Source of the DNA: Mesotaenium endlicherianum
Taxonomy: Eukaryota
Length of the DNA: 36,858 bases
Direction of reading: 5' to 3'
Assembly (NCBI GenBank): GCA_009602735.1
Contig: WELA01002449.1
Coordinates: forward strand, 375,000-411,857
Shown in pieces: positions 23,317 to 33,085 of this stretch. Numbering within the stretch: position 1 is the first letter of the stretch; the number at the start of each line of letters is the position of its first letter. The position numbers and the translations under genes were made by a program. Below the pieces are notes generated by a model. That model saw nothing but the letters and a program-made list of their open reading frames with translations, was not told where the DNA came from and did not search any database.

Positions 23317-23438
23317 CTAGTCTACCTTACATGTGTAGCACTTGACTTGGCGCCTTTGACTAATCCTCTTCACATGTGTGGCACCTGACTTGAAGCTATT
23401 GACTAGTCTGCTCCACATGCATAGACCTGACTTGACGC
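23317..23438. repeat. 43-bp tandem repeat (~3 degenerate copies) in the 3' UTR of element A
   Basis: Units start at 23317, 23360 and 23403 and share CTA.TC....ACATG....CAC.TGACTTG. Confidence 0.75.
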
Positions 23439-23471
23439 GCCGAGACGTCGCTTGTTCTGTCGGGAGATTGA

Positions 23472-23974
23472 TGTAGTGATTTGAGTTATAATAAATTAGT
23501 TTGTTATTATTATGATGCTTTTGAATATATTTGGAGTATTGTTGTGTGGATTCAAGTGTGAATAGATACTCTAGTGACTTGGTTCATGTCCTTTGCACCT
23601 TCTAAGGCATTTTCAAAGTTAGAGGAAGGATCTAGAAGAACTCCTTGTGGCAAAAGTCAAATGTACCATGTTTTAGGTCAAAAGAACATGTGTACATTAT
23701 TCTAGAAAGAGGTGACATTTTGGGATGTGTTGGGTGCCAACACATCAACATGCACCTTCTTAGAAATTACTTGTGTAGCAAGTATATAAACAAGAGCTAG
23801 AACATAGAAAAGCGTTTCAGGATCACTCTTGTACTTGCCAAATGCCAGAAACACATTATAATATTAAGAAGCCATTTCTCTTTCAAGAAGCTACCACTTG
23901 TGTTCAAAGATCCTTGTTTCAAATAGATAAAGTACTCTATGTTAATAATGACTTTATTTATGTGTTTCATTACA
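23472..23974 (+). repeat. Element A 3' LTR
   Basis: TGTAGTGATTTG...CATTACA followed by TSD GACGT. Confidence 0.95.
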
Positions 23975-23979
23975 GACGT

Positions 23980-24635
23980 GTCTTGTCCTAATTGCCACCA
24001 TAAGTTCAAGAACCTGCGTGGTTTAGGTGGTCACAGTAAGTCATGCCTTTTGAAATCTGCTAAGTCTGCTCTTGTTTTGAGCAACGGTGGCTCATCCAAT
24101 TCTGGGCCTATGCTTAAGCAATGGGGGTGGGCTCGTATTTCTTTTCGTATGGAGATATTTGAGCCATGTAGACTTAGATATAAGCGATGTGTTCCTTATG
24201 AGCTCAGACCTATGTTCTCCCAAGCATTTTGTATCCCCTTGCAACAAGTTTCTAAAGAGCCTGATGATATGGAGGGTTGGTTCTTGCTCCTTAGTTTTTA
24301 GCGCCTCCTATTGTGGACCCCCCTAAATACGTTAGTGAAGGGCCACCGCTACATACGCCCACAAATTCAGAGATTTCTTAGGGGCCAGTGGAGGAAATTG
24401 GCTGAGGAGTTTCCTTGCGGCTTTCCGTTCCCTTCCGCCTCCCACTATCGACGTAGTGGGTGACGACACCGATAGAGCCCGACGGGCTGTTACTCTTAGC
24501 TAAGGTTGGGGAGTTAGGGAAGGCCCGCGAAGCTCTTCTCTCCAATGCGCCAGCACCTGACACTTCAGCCACCATTGAGTGTCTGCAAGCTTTCCACCCA
24601 GCCTCCTCTTCCCCTTTAGTTAGGAAAAGGCCATT
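23980..24635 (+). pseudogene. CRE-like ORF middle piece: zinc finger and pre-RT region
   Basis: SCPNCHHKFKNLRGLGGHSKSC and AKVGELGKAREALLSNAPAPDTSATIECLQAFHP; contains stops and frameshifts. Confidence 0.7.
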
Positions 24636-24713
24636 TGTAATGAATCAGTATATTAGTAGATATAATATTCATTTAAATATATATAGTTAATTAAGTTCAG
24701 CCTGCTGAACTTT

Positions 24714-26307
24714 NGGATAGCTTCAAGGATGCGGTATTCTACCTCACACTCCTGCCAGCTTACAATGAAGTTGAGAGAAGGAGCTGGGAGTACTTGGTCA
24801 GGGAAGCAGGACAGCAGATGTTCTCTCCCCACTGGTTCTCGTGTAAACTGAGGAAGGCTGAGCACGGACCCCAGTACTACCAGCAGCCAACAGACTGGAG
24901 GTGGATGACCGTCACAAATAAGAAGCAGGAGTGTGACCGAGCCCAACCGGATGACTTCCACTATGGCCTAGACGGCTATCTCATCCTACCACCTCACATT
25001 GCCCCTTGGGACCCCAGGCTGAATGGATGCCTGAGCAATATTAATGCAGAGACCAAGGAACNNNNNNNNNNNNNNNNNNNNNNNNNNNNNNNNNNNNNNN
25101 NNNNNNNNNNNNNNNNNNNNNNNNNNNNNNNNNNNNNNNNNNNNNNNNNNNNNNNNNNNNNNNNNNNNNNNNNNNNNNNNNNNNNNNNNNNNNNNNNNNN
25201 NNNNNNNNNNNNNNNNNNNNNNNNNNNNNNNNNNNNNNNNNNNNNNNNNNNNNNNNNNNNNNNNNNNNNNNNNNNNNNNNNNNNNNNNNNNNNNNNNNNN
25301 NNNNNNNNNNNNNNNNNNNNNNNNNNNNNNNNNNNNNNNNNNNNNNNNNNNNNNNNNNNNNNNNNNNNNNNNNNNNNNNNNNNNNNNNNNNNNNNNNNNN
25401 NNNNNNNNNNNNNNNNNNNNNNNNNNNNNNNNNNNNNNNNNNNNNNNNNNNNNNNNNNNNNNNNNNNAGTTCGGCATTCGGAAACGAGGCCAACTCTCTT
25501 GTACAGCTTACTGAGAGAGATCTGAATCCAAGGCGAGAAGCCATTGATACGCACTGGCTTCTAACCTTGCTTATGTATGAGTTTACTGATTTGCATTATT
25601 GATGCTAGTTTACTCTCATTTGACTGACGAGTATTATTCACTGCTAGTGCGTTGTCCTTTTGCCGTTAAAACAGTTAACGGAAAGTACCATAAAGATTAC
25701 TTGCTAATATAAAAATCTTTATTAATTGTTAATCGCCTATTGGTAAGTCGATTCATTTCAGTGGTATCGGAGCAGTTGTCACAGTCTTCTTTGTATGGTA
25801 AGGACAAGGTCTCAAACTAGCAACTCCCGAGACATGGAGAACCAGGATAACGAGAATGTCGAAAACCAGGCGGAAAGCCATGTAGCGGGAANNNNNNNNN
25901 NNNNNNNNNNNNNNNNNNNNNNNNNNNNNNNNNNNNNNNNNNNNNNNNNNNNNNNNNNNNNNNNNNNNNNNNNNNNNNNNNNNNNNNNNNNNNNNNNNNN
26001 NNNNNNNNNNNNNNNNNNNNNNNNNNNNNNNNNNNNNNNNNNNNNNNNNNNNNNNNNNNNNNNNNNNNNNNNNNNNNNNNNNNNNNNNNNNNNNNNNNNN
26101 NNNNNNNNNNNNNNNNNNNNNNNNNNNNNNNNNNNNNNNNNNNNNNNNNNNNNNNNNNNNNNNNNNNNNNNNNNNNNNNNNNNNNNNNNNNNNNNNNNNN
26201 NNNNNNNNNNNNNNNNNNNNNNNNNNNNNNNNNNNNNNNNNNNNNNNNNNNNNNNNNNNNNNNNNNNNNNNNNNNNNNNNNNNNNNNNNNNNNNNNNNNN
26301 NNNNNNN
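24714..26307. other. Assembly gaps and probable misjoin (single N at 24714; N runs at about 25062-25468 and 25892-26307)
   Basis: N runs; an ORF3 fragment (24715-25061) sits inside the 5' LTR between Ns. Confidence 0.9.
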
Positions 26308-26880
26308 ACTACTCAGCGAGTAGATGCCAATGCTGCTGCTGCATTTGCTAAGCTACCACCCCAAAATGTAGAAAACCAACAAAAATACGCTAATCAACAC
26401 CGTCGGGAACTGACATTTTCCAAGGGGGATTTAGTCAAACTGCATTCTCAGCACCTGTACCTCCCTGGTGTGGTCAAGAAAAAGCTTGGCCCTGTCTGGG
26501 TCGGTCCATATTCGATGGTCCGTCGTGTCGGTCAGAATGCTTACAAACTGAACACGTCAGCAGACTACAAGGGGCACCCGGTCTTTAATGTCTCCTTCCT
26601 GGAACCGTACATCAAAGGTGATACACTGTTCACAGGTCGGTTCCCTGTCCAACCGGGACCGGTCCCCGCTGTCCGGGCCGGCGACCCTGAGGAATATGAG
26701 GTCGATGAGATTTTAGACGCTCGCTCGGTCCGTCGATCGTCTAAATATGTCATGAAATACCTCATTCGATGGAAGGGTTACGATGCCTCTGGGGACACTT
26801 GGGAGTTTAAGGACCACTTGACCAATGCCAAAGGGGCGTTGACACGGTTCCACCTTCGGGCCGCTGGAGTCCCTCCATAA
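25795..26880 (+). CDS. B2 Gag N-terminus fused in frame to the integrase C-terminus (GPY motif and chromodomain); partly in an N gap
   Basis: Junction [16 protein letters not shown] at an AGA microhomology (~26370); 4268 bp of the B1 sequence is absent. Confidence 0.65.
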   Translation: MVRTRSQTSNSRDMENQDNENVENQAESHVAGXXXXXXXXXXXXXXXXXXXXXXXXXXXXXXXXXXXXXXXXXXXXXXXXXXXXXXXXXXXXXXXXXXXXXXXXXXXXXXXXXXXXXXXXXXXXXXXXXXXXXXXXXXXXXXXXXXXXXXXXXXXXXXXXXXXXXXXXXXXTTQRVDANAAAAFAKLPPQNVENQQKYANQHRRELTFSKGDLVKLHSQHLYLPGVVKKKLGPVWVGPYSMVRRVGQNAYKLNTSADYKGHPVFNVSFLEPYIKGDTLFTGRFPVQPGPVPAVRAGDPEEYEVDEILDARSVRRSSKYVMKYLIRWKGYDASGDTWEFKDHLTNAKGALTRFHLRAAGVPP

Positions 26881-27147
26881 CTGTCATTTCAGTTGACACG
26901 GGAAGGTGACAGGCGGTCCTGTCTCCATTTAAGTTGGAGGGGAAAATATATGACAGTTAGTGAGCGAGAGCGATAAAAACACACTCATACGTTTATGTGT
27001 AGCGCATCGCAACTACGTCAACTTTTAGCAATCATCCTGTAAGGTAAACAGCAGCGAAGCCACTATACTAAATACTAACATACTTCCTGCAATCCCTATG
27101 ACAAAGGTCCATATCCTACTAACTTGTGCCCTGGTTACATGTGCAGG

Positions 27148-28824
27148 ATGGCGCCCACCACACAAAAGGAGGACAGAAAGCGCAAGGCAGAAGAAGCCAG
27201 GAGGACAATGGAGCAATACCAGAAGGAGCTGGCGGCGACGTCCCTCACCAGGAGAGAACAAGAAAGGGTCCGCAAACAACAAGAGGCGGCAGAAGAGGCA
27301 CAGAGGAAGAAGGATCAGGAAGCGGAAAACCTCAGGAAGGCTGAGGAGGAGAGACAGAAGAAACAGCAAGAAGAAGCGGCAGCGGCAGAAGAGGAGAAAA
27401 GAAAAAAGATTGAAGCGGACAGACAGAAGAGCTTGGCCACTTACAGGTATACTGTGGTGGGTGGCCAAAACTTCGATAACCTGAAGGAAGCATTGCTGGC
27501 AGCCCAGGAGATCAACAGGCTGGAACAGACAACACTGCTACAGAAGGAAGGAGCTACAGCACTGGACAGGTACATCGAGACACACACCGGCGTGGTCCTT
27601 TACGAAGATTATGCTAAGATGGTGGGCTATACAGCAGAGCAGGCCCGGTATCTCGCAGATGATTCAGAGGACAAGCCGGTCCCCATACCGGGAATAGTGG
27701 GAGATCAGAGACTCATCCGGATGGTGAGCATGCGGCCCGATAGCTTTAAGGATACGGTATTCTACCTCACACTCCTGCCAGCTTACAATGAAGTTGAGAG
27801 AAGGAGCTGGGAGTACTTGGCCAGGGAAGCAGGACAGCAGATGTTCTCTCCCCACTGGTTCCCGTGTAAACTGAGGAAGGCTGAGCACGGACCCCAGTAC
27901 TACCAGCAGCCAACAGACTGGAGGTGGATGACCGTCACAAATAAGAAGCAGGAGTGTGACCGAGCCCAACCGGATGACTTCCACTATGGCCTAGACGGCT
28001 ATCTCATCCTACCACCTCACATTGCCCCTTGGGACCCCAGGCTGAATGGATGCCTGAGCAATATGAATGCAGAGACCAAGGAACATAGGAGGAGGGGAAG
28101 AGACTACTTCTCTAAGGGAAAGCATGCCTTTGTCAAATGGGCAAAGAATGCAGGCCGGATAGATATCAGTAGGCTGAAGGCCAAGCAACCTCCAGCGCGC
28201 CCTAAGAAAGGGAGGTCGGTAGACTACTCCATGTCTACTAGGGAGCAGGACGACTTAGTGGACGAGACCCCTACTCTCTCCGAGGAGGAGGATGAGGAGG
28301 ATGAGGAAGAAGAACAAGGCAGAGGAGAAGCATCAGCAGCAGGTACTCAGGATACCCAGGGACAGGCAGTGGCACTTCCTAAAGAACCACGATCAGGTGT
28401 GTGGAATGTGATCCCCGTTATGGCGACAACTGGACCCCGCGCTCGCTCCCCCAGCCCACCTGCCCAAGCAGGGGAAGAAGCTGATCTGACTGTACTGGGC
28501 AGCAGACACAGACAGAAATCCCCAGAGGACAGGGGTGCCAGAAGAGGGACACGCGGGTGGGCCAGAGGTATGCCAGCCTCCCCCTCCGCTCAGGGGCATG
28601 TACCTCTAGCCAATGTATTTCAGCATCCTACTGGAATGCCTGTCTATGTGGGAATCAACACCCAAATAGTTGAAGAGCAGGCCACCATCCTCCGTTCTCC
28701 TCGAGGGCCAACTTTAGAGCAAACAGGGTTCTTTAGAAGGCCAGCTGACAGACCTAGAGGGCTGTCCAGATCTAGGTCCAGATCTCCGTCTCCTGACCCT
28801 GAAGCCCCAGGAACAACCCCTTAA
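27148..28824 (+). CDS. B2 ORF3 (558 aa; two amino-acid differences from B1 ORF3)
   Basis: Intact ORF; differs from B1 at REY/RDY and QVV/QIV. Confidence 0.85.
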   Translation: MAPTTQKEDRKRKAEEARRTMEQYQKELAATSLTRREQERVRKQQEAAEEAQRKKDQEAENLRKAEEERQKKQQEEAAAAEEEKRKKIEADRQKSLATYRYTVVGGQNFDNLKEALLAAQEINRLEQTTLLQKEGATALDRYIETHTGVVLYEDYAKMVGYTAEQARYLADDSEDKPVPIPGIVGDQRLIRMVSMRPDSFKDTVFYLTLLPAYNEVERRSWEYLAREAGQQMFSPHWFPCKLRKAEHGPQYYQQPTDWRWMTVTNKKQECDRAQPDDFHYGLDGYLILPPHIAPWDPRLNGCLSNMNAETKEHRRRGRDYFSKGKHAFVKWAKNAGRIDISRLKAKQPPARPKKGRSVDYSMSTREQDDLVDETPTLSEEEDEEDEEEEQGRGEASAAGTQDTQGQAVALPKEPRSGVWNVIPVMATTGPRARSPSPPAQAGEEADLTVLGSRHRQKSPEDRGARRGTRGWARGMPASPSAQGHVPLANVFQHPTGMPVYVGINTQIVEEQATILRSPRGPTLEQTGFFRRPADRPRGLSRSRSRSPSPDPEAPGTTP

Positions 28825-28937
28825 GGTGACACGCTGAAGAGGCAGTCAGTAAGGGAGGCTGGTCAGGTTCAGTTCCCTTATTTAAAATTTTTGCAGTTTA
28901 ATGTTGTCGAGGCGACAACAAGTTAAGTTGGAGGGAT

Positions 28938-29657
28938 TGTAATGAATCAGTATATTAGTGGATATAATATTCATTTAAATATAATAGTTAATTAAGTTCA
29001 GCCTGCTGAACTTTAGTTAATAGTCAGTCTGCTGGACTTTACATAATTATCAGTTTAATGACTCGGCCGAAAGCAGCAGGCTGAAGTCAACTTAAGTCAG
29101 CTTGCTGACACATTCTTTGACAGCCAGCTGACTTCCGTACTCGGTAGCAGCGAACTGCCTTGATATGCATCTAAGTGCGATATGCTAGATGAATGGCCAG
29201 ATGACATCCCTATGATGGATGGCTATTCGGGATGATGGGAGATGGCGGTGGATTTGGTTAACCGAGGTCCTACCAACGTGGTTAACTCCCGGGTAGGCGG
29301 TGCCATCGCACTGACCGTTGAACAGTAAACTCATTCCATGTACATATGCTAGGCATTGCTCTCGAGTTCGGCATTCGGAAACGAGGCCAACTCTCTTGTA
29401 GAGCTTACTGAGAGAGATCTGAATCCAAGGCGAGAAGCCATTGATACGCACTGTCTTCTAACCTTGCTTATGTATGAGTTTACTGATTTGCATTATTGAT
29501 GCTAGTTTACTCTCATTTGACTGACGAGTATTATTCACTGCTAGTGCGCTGTCCTTTTGCCGTTAAAACAGTTAACGAAAAGTACCATAAAGATTACTTG
29601 CTGATATAAAGATCTTTATTAATTGTTAATCGCCTATTGGTAAGTCGATTCATTTCA
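28938..29657 (+). repeat. Element B2 3' LTR (720 bp)
   Basis: TGTAATGAATC...GATTCATTTCA, preceded by the PPT TTAAGTTGGAGGGAT. Confidence 0.95.
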
Positions 29658-29662
29658 CCATT

Positions 29663-30881
29663 TGACTCTAGCCAGTGTTGGGCTGCCCAGGCCGTGTACA
29701 CGTGCTCCATGGGAGGAGTAGGCTTGGGAGATCTCGCCTTCACCTCATCGGCAACTTTCTTGGGTTCTTGGGGGCTCATTGCGCACCTTCTTGCGACCTG
29801 CTTTGCTGCCAACAACGTCCAGATTTTTGCGGTTGCCATAGGGGAAGTGGAGACGGAGACATTCCCTTTTCAGGCAGCACTTGTGGAGGCTAAGTCCAGC
29901 TTGGTAACGGATTGCTTAGGGGACGAGCCTCCAGGGTCGGACTTTTTTTTCGATGGTGGAGCAGAGGGACAGGGGCTTGCAGGCCATTCTCGCTCGAGCC
30001 CGGTGGGGTTCTCGCATGCACGGCCTGTTCGCACAGAGAACCTCGGCTGACCGCGCCCGCATTCGTTCCTGCGGCGGACCCAACGCAGGTGCTTGGGTGC
30101 AGGCCCTTCCCACTCGCCCAGCTTTGGCATTCTAAGACTCAAAGTTGTGCACCTCCCTTCGTATACGACTAGGCATTACACATCCGTGTCTTGCTAGCCT
30201 AGTTTGTGCGTGTGGGGATGAAGCATCTACAACACATGTCTTGAGGTGTGCACGAGAGAAGCAGCGCACGACGACCCATGACGTTGTCCGAGATAGCGTA
30301 GCCATGATCGCGAGGAGGTCACATTTTGCGGTGGCTTTGGAGAAGGGAGGCCTACTCCCTTTTCTTCCCTCCCAGATCAAGGGCCGCCGCGTGGATATTG
30401 TTTGCATGGCGAGAGAGTCGGCGACGCGCACATTGCTGGATGTGGTTGTGGCCAATCTTGTTGAAGGGGGTATCGTGGAGCTGGCTTCATCGACAGTGAG
30501 GGCGGCGGCGGCGACCAAGGAGAAGGCCAAGACTCTCAAGTACAACAACACTCCAGTTGGCGACACCTTTGTCCCACTACCGCTGGAGATTCTTGGGCCA
30601 TTAGGCACCGCGTTCCACGGCTTCCTCAACCTTTGCGTTGAGCGCACAGTCTCCCTCAACTTCAGCGTCTCTAGTGACAATGCCGGTTAGACTTGGTCAA
30701 TGCGATCAAGCGAGAGTACCGCCAGCTAGTTGGTTGTAGTCTATAGAGAGCTAAGGCTTCTACCATTCACGAGCGTGCAGCTAGCGACCTATCTAGGACT
30801 GTGCATCAACTCCCAGTCCCTCTCGTTTCATTTTCCCTTGCCGACGCCTTAGTAGATCTCGGTCCTCGCGCTTTTCAGTAG
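29663..30881 (+). pseudogene. CRE-like ORF 3' piece: thumb, CCHC zinc knuckle and restriction-like endonuclease
   Basis: QAVYTCSMGGVGLG..FLGSW; AGAWVQALP; LRIRLG; CACG..HVLRC..THDVVRD; RRVDIV..LLDVVV; KEKAKTLKY; FVPLPLEILG; SL*RAKA. Frameshifts and stops present. Confidence 0.8.
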
Positions 30882-32596
30882 ATGGGTATGGAGCTTCATG
30901 TTATTTCGGAGCTCGCTCCAATTTAATTTATTCATATCCTTTTCTTTTTTTAGTTGGTTGTTGATAAAGCTTCTTACGCGAGCAACGTGGACAACTGAAC
31001 AATCTAAGTTGTATGTTAATTTTAGCGGCTAGACAGACGGTCAACCGACAAAGCTGACTTCTATATGTAACACAAAGCCGATTGTCAGAGCTCGTCGACA
31101 ACTTTCAAAGACTAAAAATGCTGGCGGCAGGCCGATACTTTTTGTCCAATTTTAGAAGCTCGCTATCTCGACCAGCCAAAATCATGAAAATGTATAATAC
31201 GCACCTTGCCAAACGTTGTCCCGTGTAAGAGTAGGAGATGGGCCACCCACACTGGGTTTAGTGTTCCATCCAGTTGACATTGGATCAATTCCTTCACCTT
31301 TTCTCGTCGACCCATTCAGTTCGTTTCGTGACTTGCACATTTTGAGGGTGCTTGTTGGAACGTGGAATTGATTTTCCAATGTAACTTAGGGTTGATTGGT
31401 GGATCCAAGCATCAAGTATACAAGAATGTGTAACTTTTTAATTAAGGACACCTGATCAGCAAGTTAGCCGTATCGGCAGAGTGATATTGCATTAACACAT
31501 TGAAGCTTGCAAGGTTACAATCGTCTCTCAACTTCTATGATATAGGCACATCAAAGGAGAGCTTGTGTATGCCAATCATGACCCTAAGGTTAGGCTCGAG
31601 AAAGACTAACGAGAGAAAGAATGTTGAGATGAACGTTGAAAAGCATGTACACAAGTGAGAACCTTAAGTGGCATACGAAAGATTAGTCGAGCTGTGGGAC
31701 CAACCCGTGGAGCCAAAATCGGACTGGTTATTTGGGCCATTCTTCCCAAGAACGACAAGAACTGTAGGACCGGACACAACGGTCTGCATGCGTGCGACAA
31801 TCAGGAAGTCTTTGTAAGATGGTGGAACGTTGACCGTACAGTGGAGGAGCTCTACCGACGGTTGCGATGTGACCTCGACCGGGAAGTCCCGTTCCACAGC
31901 TGCGTCACTGCGACGGTGGCGACGGTCATCAACCTGCCATCGACCACCATCGACGATGCGAAAATGACGGGCATCCAGAGCCCGTCACCATCGAATGCCA
32001 GCGACCGTGGAGTAAAAAAGGCGCATACCTTGAGATCTATCGATTACGCCAGATTCAGCATGGTCTACGCGAAAGAAGCTGCAGGTTGTGTGCTTCGTCT
32101 GTCACGTGTCGTAAGGGTCAGCAAGTCAATTCTGCTCAGTTCAGTGGTCGGACTTTCTTCTCCAGTTGCTGCTGACTTGGCATCCTAGCCAGAACTGAAG
32201 GGCCGGATGGAGCTTGACGTTGTTTTGACGTCGATGACGATAGTAAACGCGCGTTATGTGACGTTTACAAGGATGCCCTCCCTGACCGAGTGCGTGGTAT
32301 TTGATGTTAATTTGCGAAGAGGTTGGAACTTGAGATGTTCACTATATTATGATCTGAGGTGTAGGTTAATTTTCTGATCCGCAGATCCTTGCACTAAAGG
32401 CGGACGCACATCAGTCTGCTCTAGCTGTGTAAGCTGTATTTATGTTCAGCTGCATTCGTAGTCAGTACGCTTCGTAGTTCGTCAGCTTACCTTATAGTTC
32501 CTAGCGACTAAGTCCTCAGGAATCAGAGTTCTCAGAGAGTATTCGTGGAAGGTAGGAGAATTTCAGTATCTCTTGTACAGAAGCTTTACAGGCACA

Positions 32597-32732
32597 ATGG
32601 CCGCTCTTCTGAGCTCGTCCTTGGCAACCACCTTACAAGGACATCTTGGTCAGTATGAGGGCTTGAGACAGACAGTCACTCCAGATCAGTCCCGCTCCCT
32701 GAGCAGAGATTGCGCAAGATTTAGTCATGCAG
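32597..32732 (+). CDS. KAS1: 3-oxoacyl-ACP synthase I (plastid), exon 1 (transit peptide)
   Basis: ATG in ACAATGG context; Ser/Thr/Ala-rich MAALLSSSLATT; CAG|GTGAGC donor in phase 1, matching the next exon. Confidence 0.75.
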
Positions 32733-33085
32733 GTGAGCTTGTGGTCCCGAGGTTAAACGCTTTGGCCAGTGGTATCCATTTAGCTGGGCAAAGGATGGTA
32801 TTCATCTGCAGTGGAACTCTAAAAGGATGGTAGTTACAGCCGTGCATGTGTTGAATGCAGATATATCTCATCTGATCATCTTTGGAGGAACTGAACACTC
32901 CTGATGGTTGCTCGTTGAAAGTGCATGAGAAAATTTTCCTTATTTACTATACTGTCACCCTTCACCTTTCTGAGCTGACCAATGACTGAATCTCCGTGCT
33001 GATACTTCGCAAACTGCAATCATGGCTTTGCAATTGTTTATACTGATCAGTTCCCCTCATTTCTTTTCGCTGCCATAATGGGCAG

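Larger units (their letters stand above)
5349..23974 (+). mobile_element. Element A: decayed Ty3/gypsy chromovirus LTR retrotransposon hosting nested insertions
   Basis: 503-bp TG..CA LTRs at both ends; TSD GACGT (5344-5348, 23975-23979); Met PBS; domain order gag-PR-RT-RH-IN-chromodomain. Confidence 0.95.
24636..29657 (+). mobile_element. Element B2: internally deleted (non-autonomous) family B element retaining ORF3
   Basis: LTR start at 24636; 5' LTR end at 25760; PBS TGGTATCGGAGC at 25762-25773; 3' LTR at 28938-29657; TSD CCATT (24631-24635, 29658-29662). The 5' LTR is interrupted by gaps and misassembly. Confidence 0.9.
5143..30881 (+). mobile_element. Degenerate CRE-like (RLE-type) non-LTR retrotransposon, split into three pieces (5143-5348, 23980-24635, 29663-30881) by LTR elements A and B2
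   Basis: Removing A (TSD GACGT) and B2 (TSD CCATT) rejoins the reading frame at both junctions. It has an N-terminal zinc finger CPNC..F..LRGLGGHSKSC, the pre-RT motif GELGKAREAL..APA..T..L..HP, the post-RT motif QA..GGVGLG..FLGSW, a CCHC knuckle and RLE motifs. Confidence 0.75.

Noticed and set aside
29521..29585. CTGACGA...CGAAA in the B LTR resembling a hammerhead ribozyme core
   Set aside because: There are no convincing stems, and CTGACGA is not conserved in the B1 5' LTR.
31606..32188. 177-aa plus-strand ORF and overlapping minus-strand ORFs upstream of KAS I
   Set aside because: Non-ATG starts and no recognisable domain. A divergent transcript is possible (a donor-like AAG|GTATGC on the minus strand near 32029) but cannot be supported from sequence alone.
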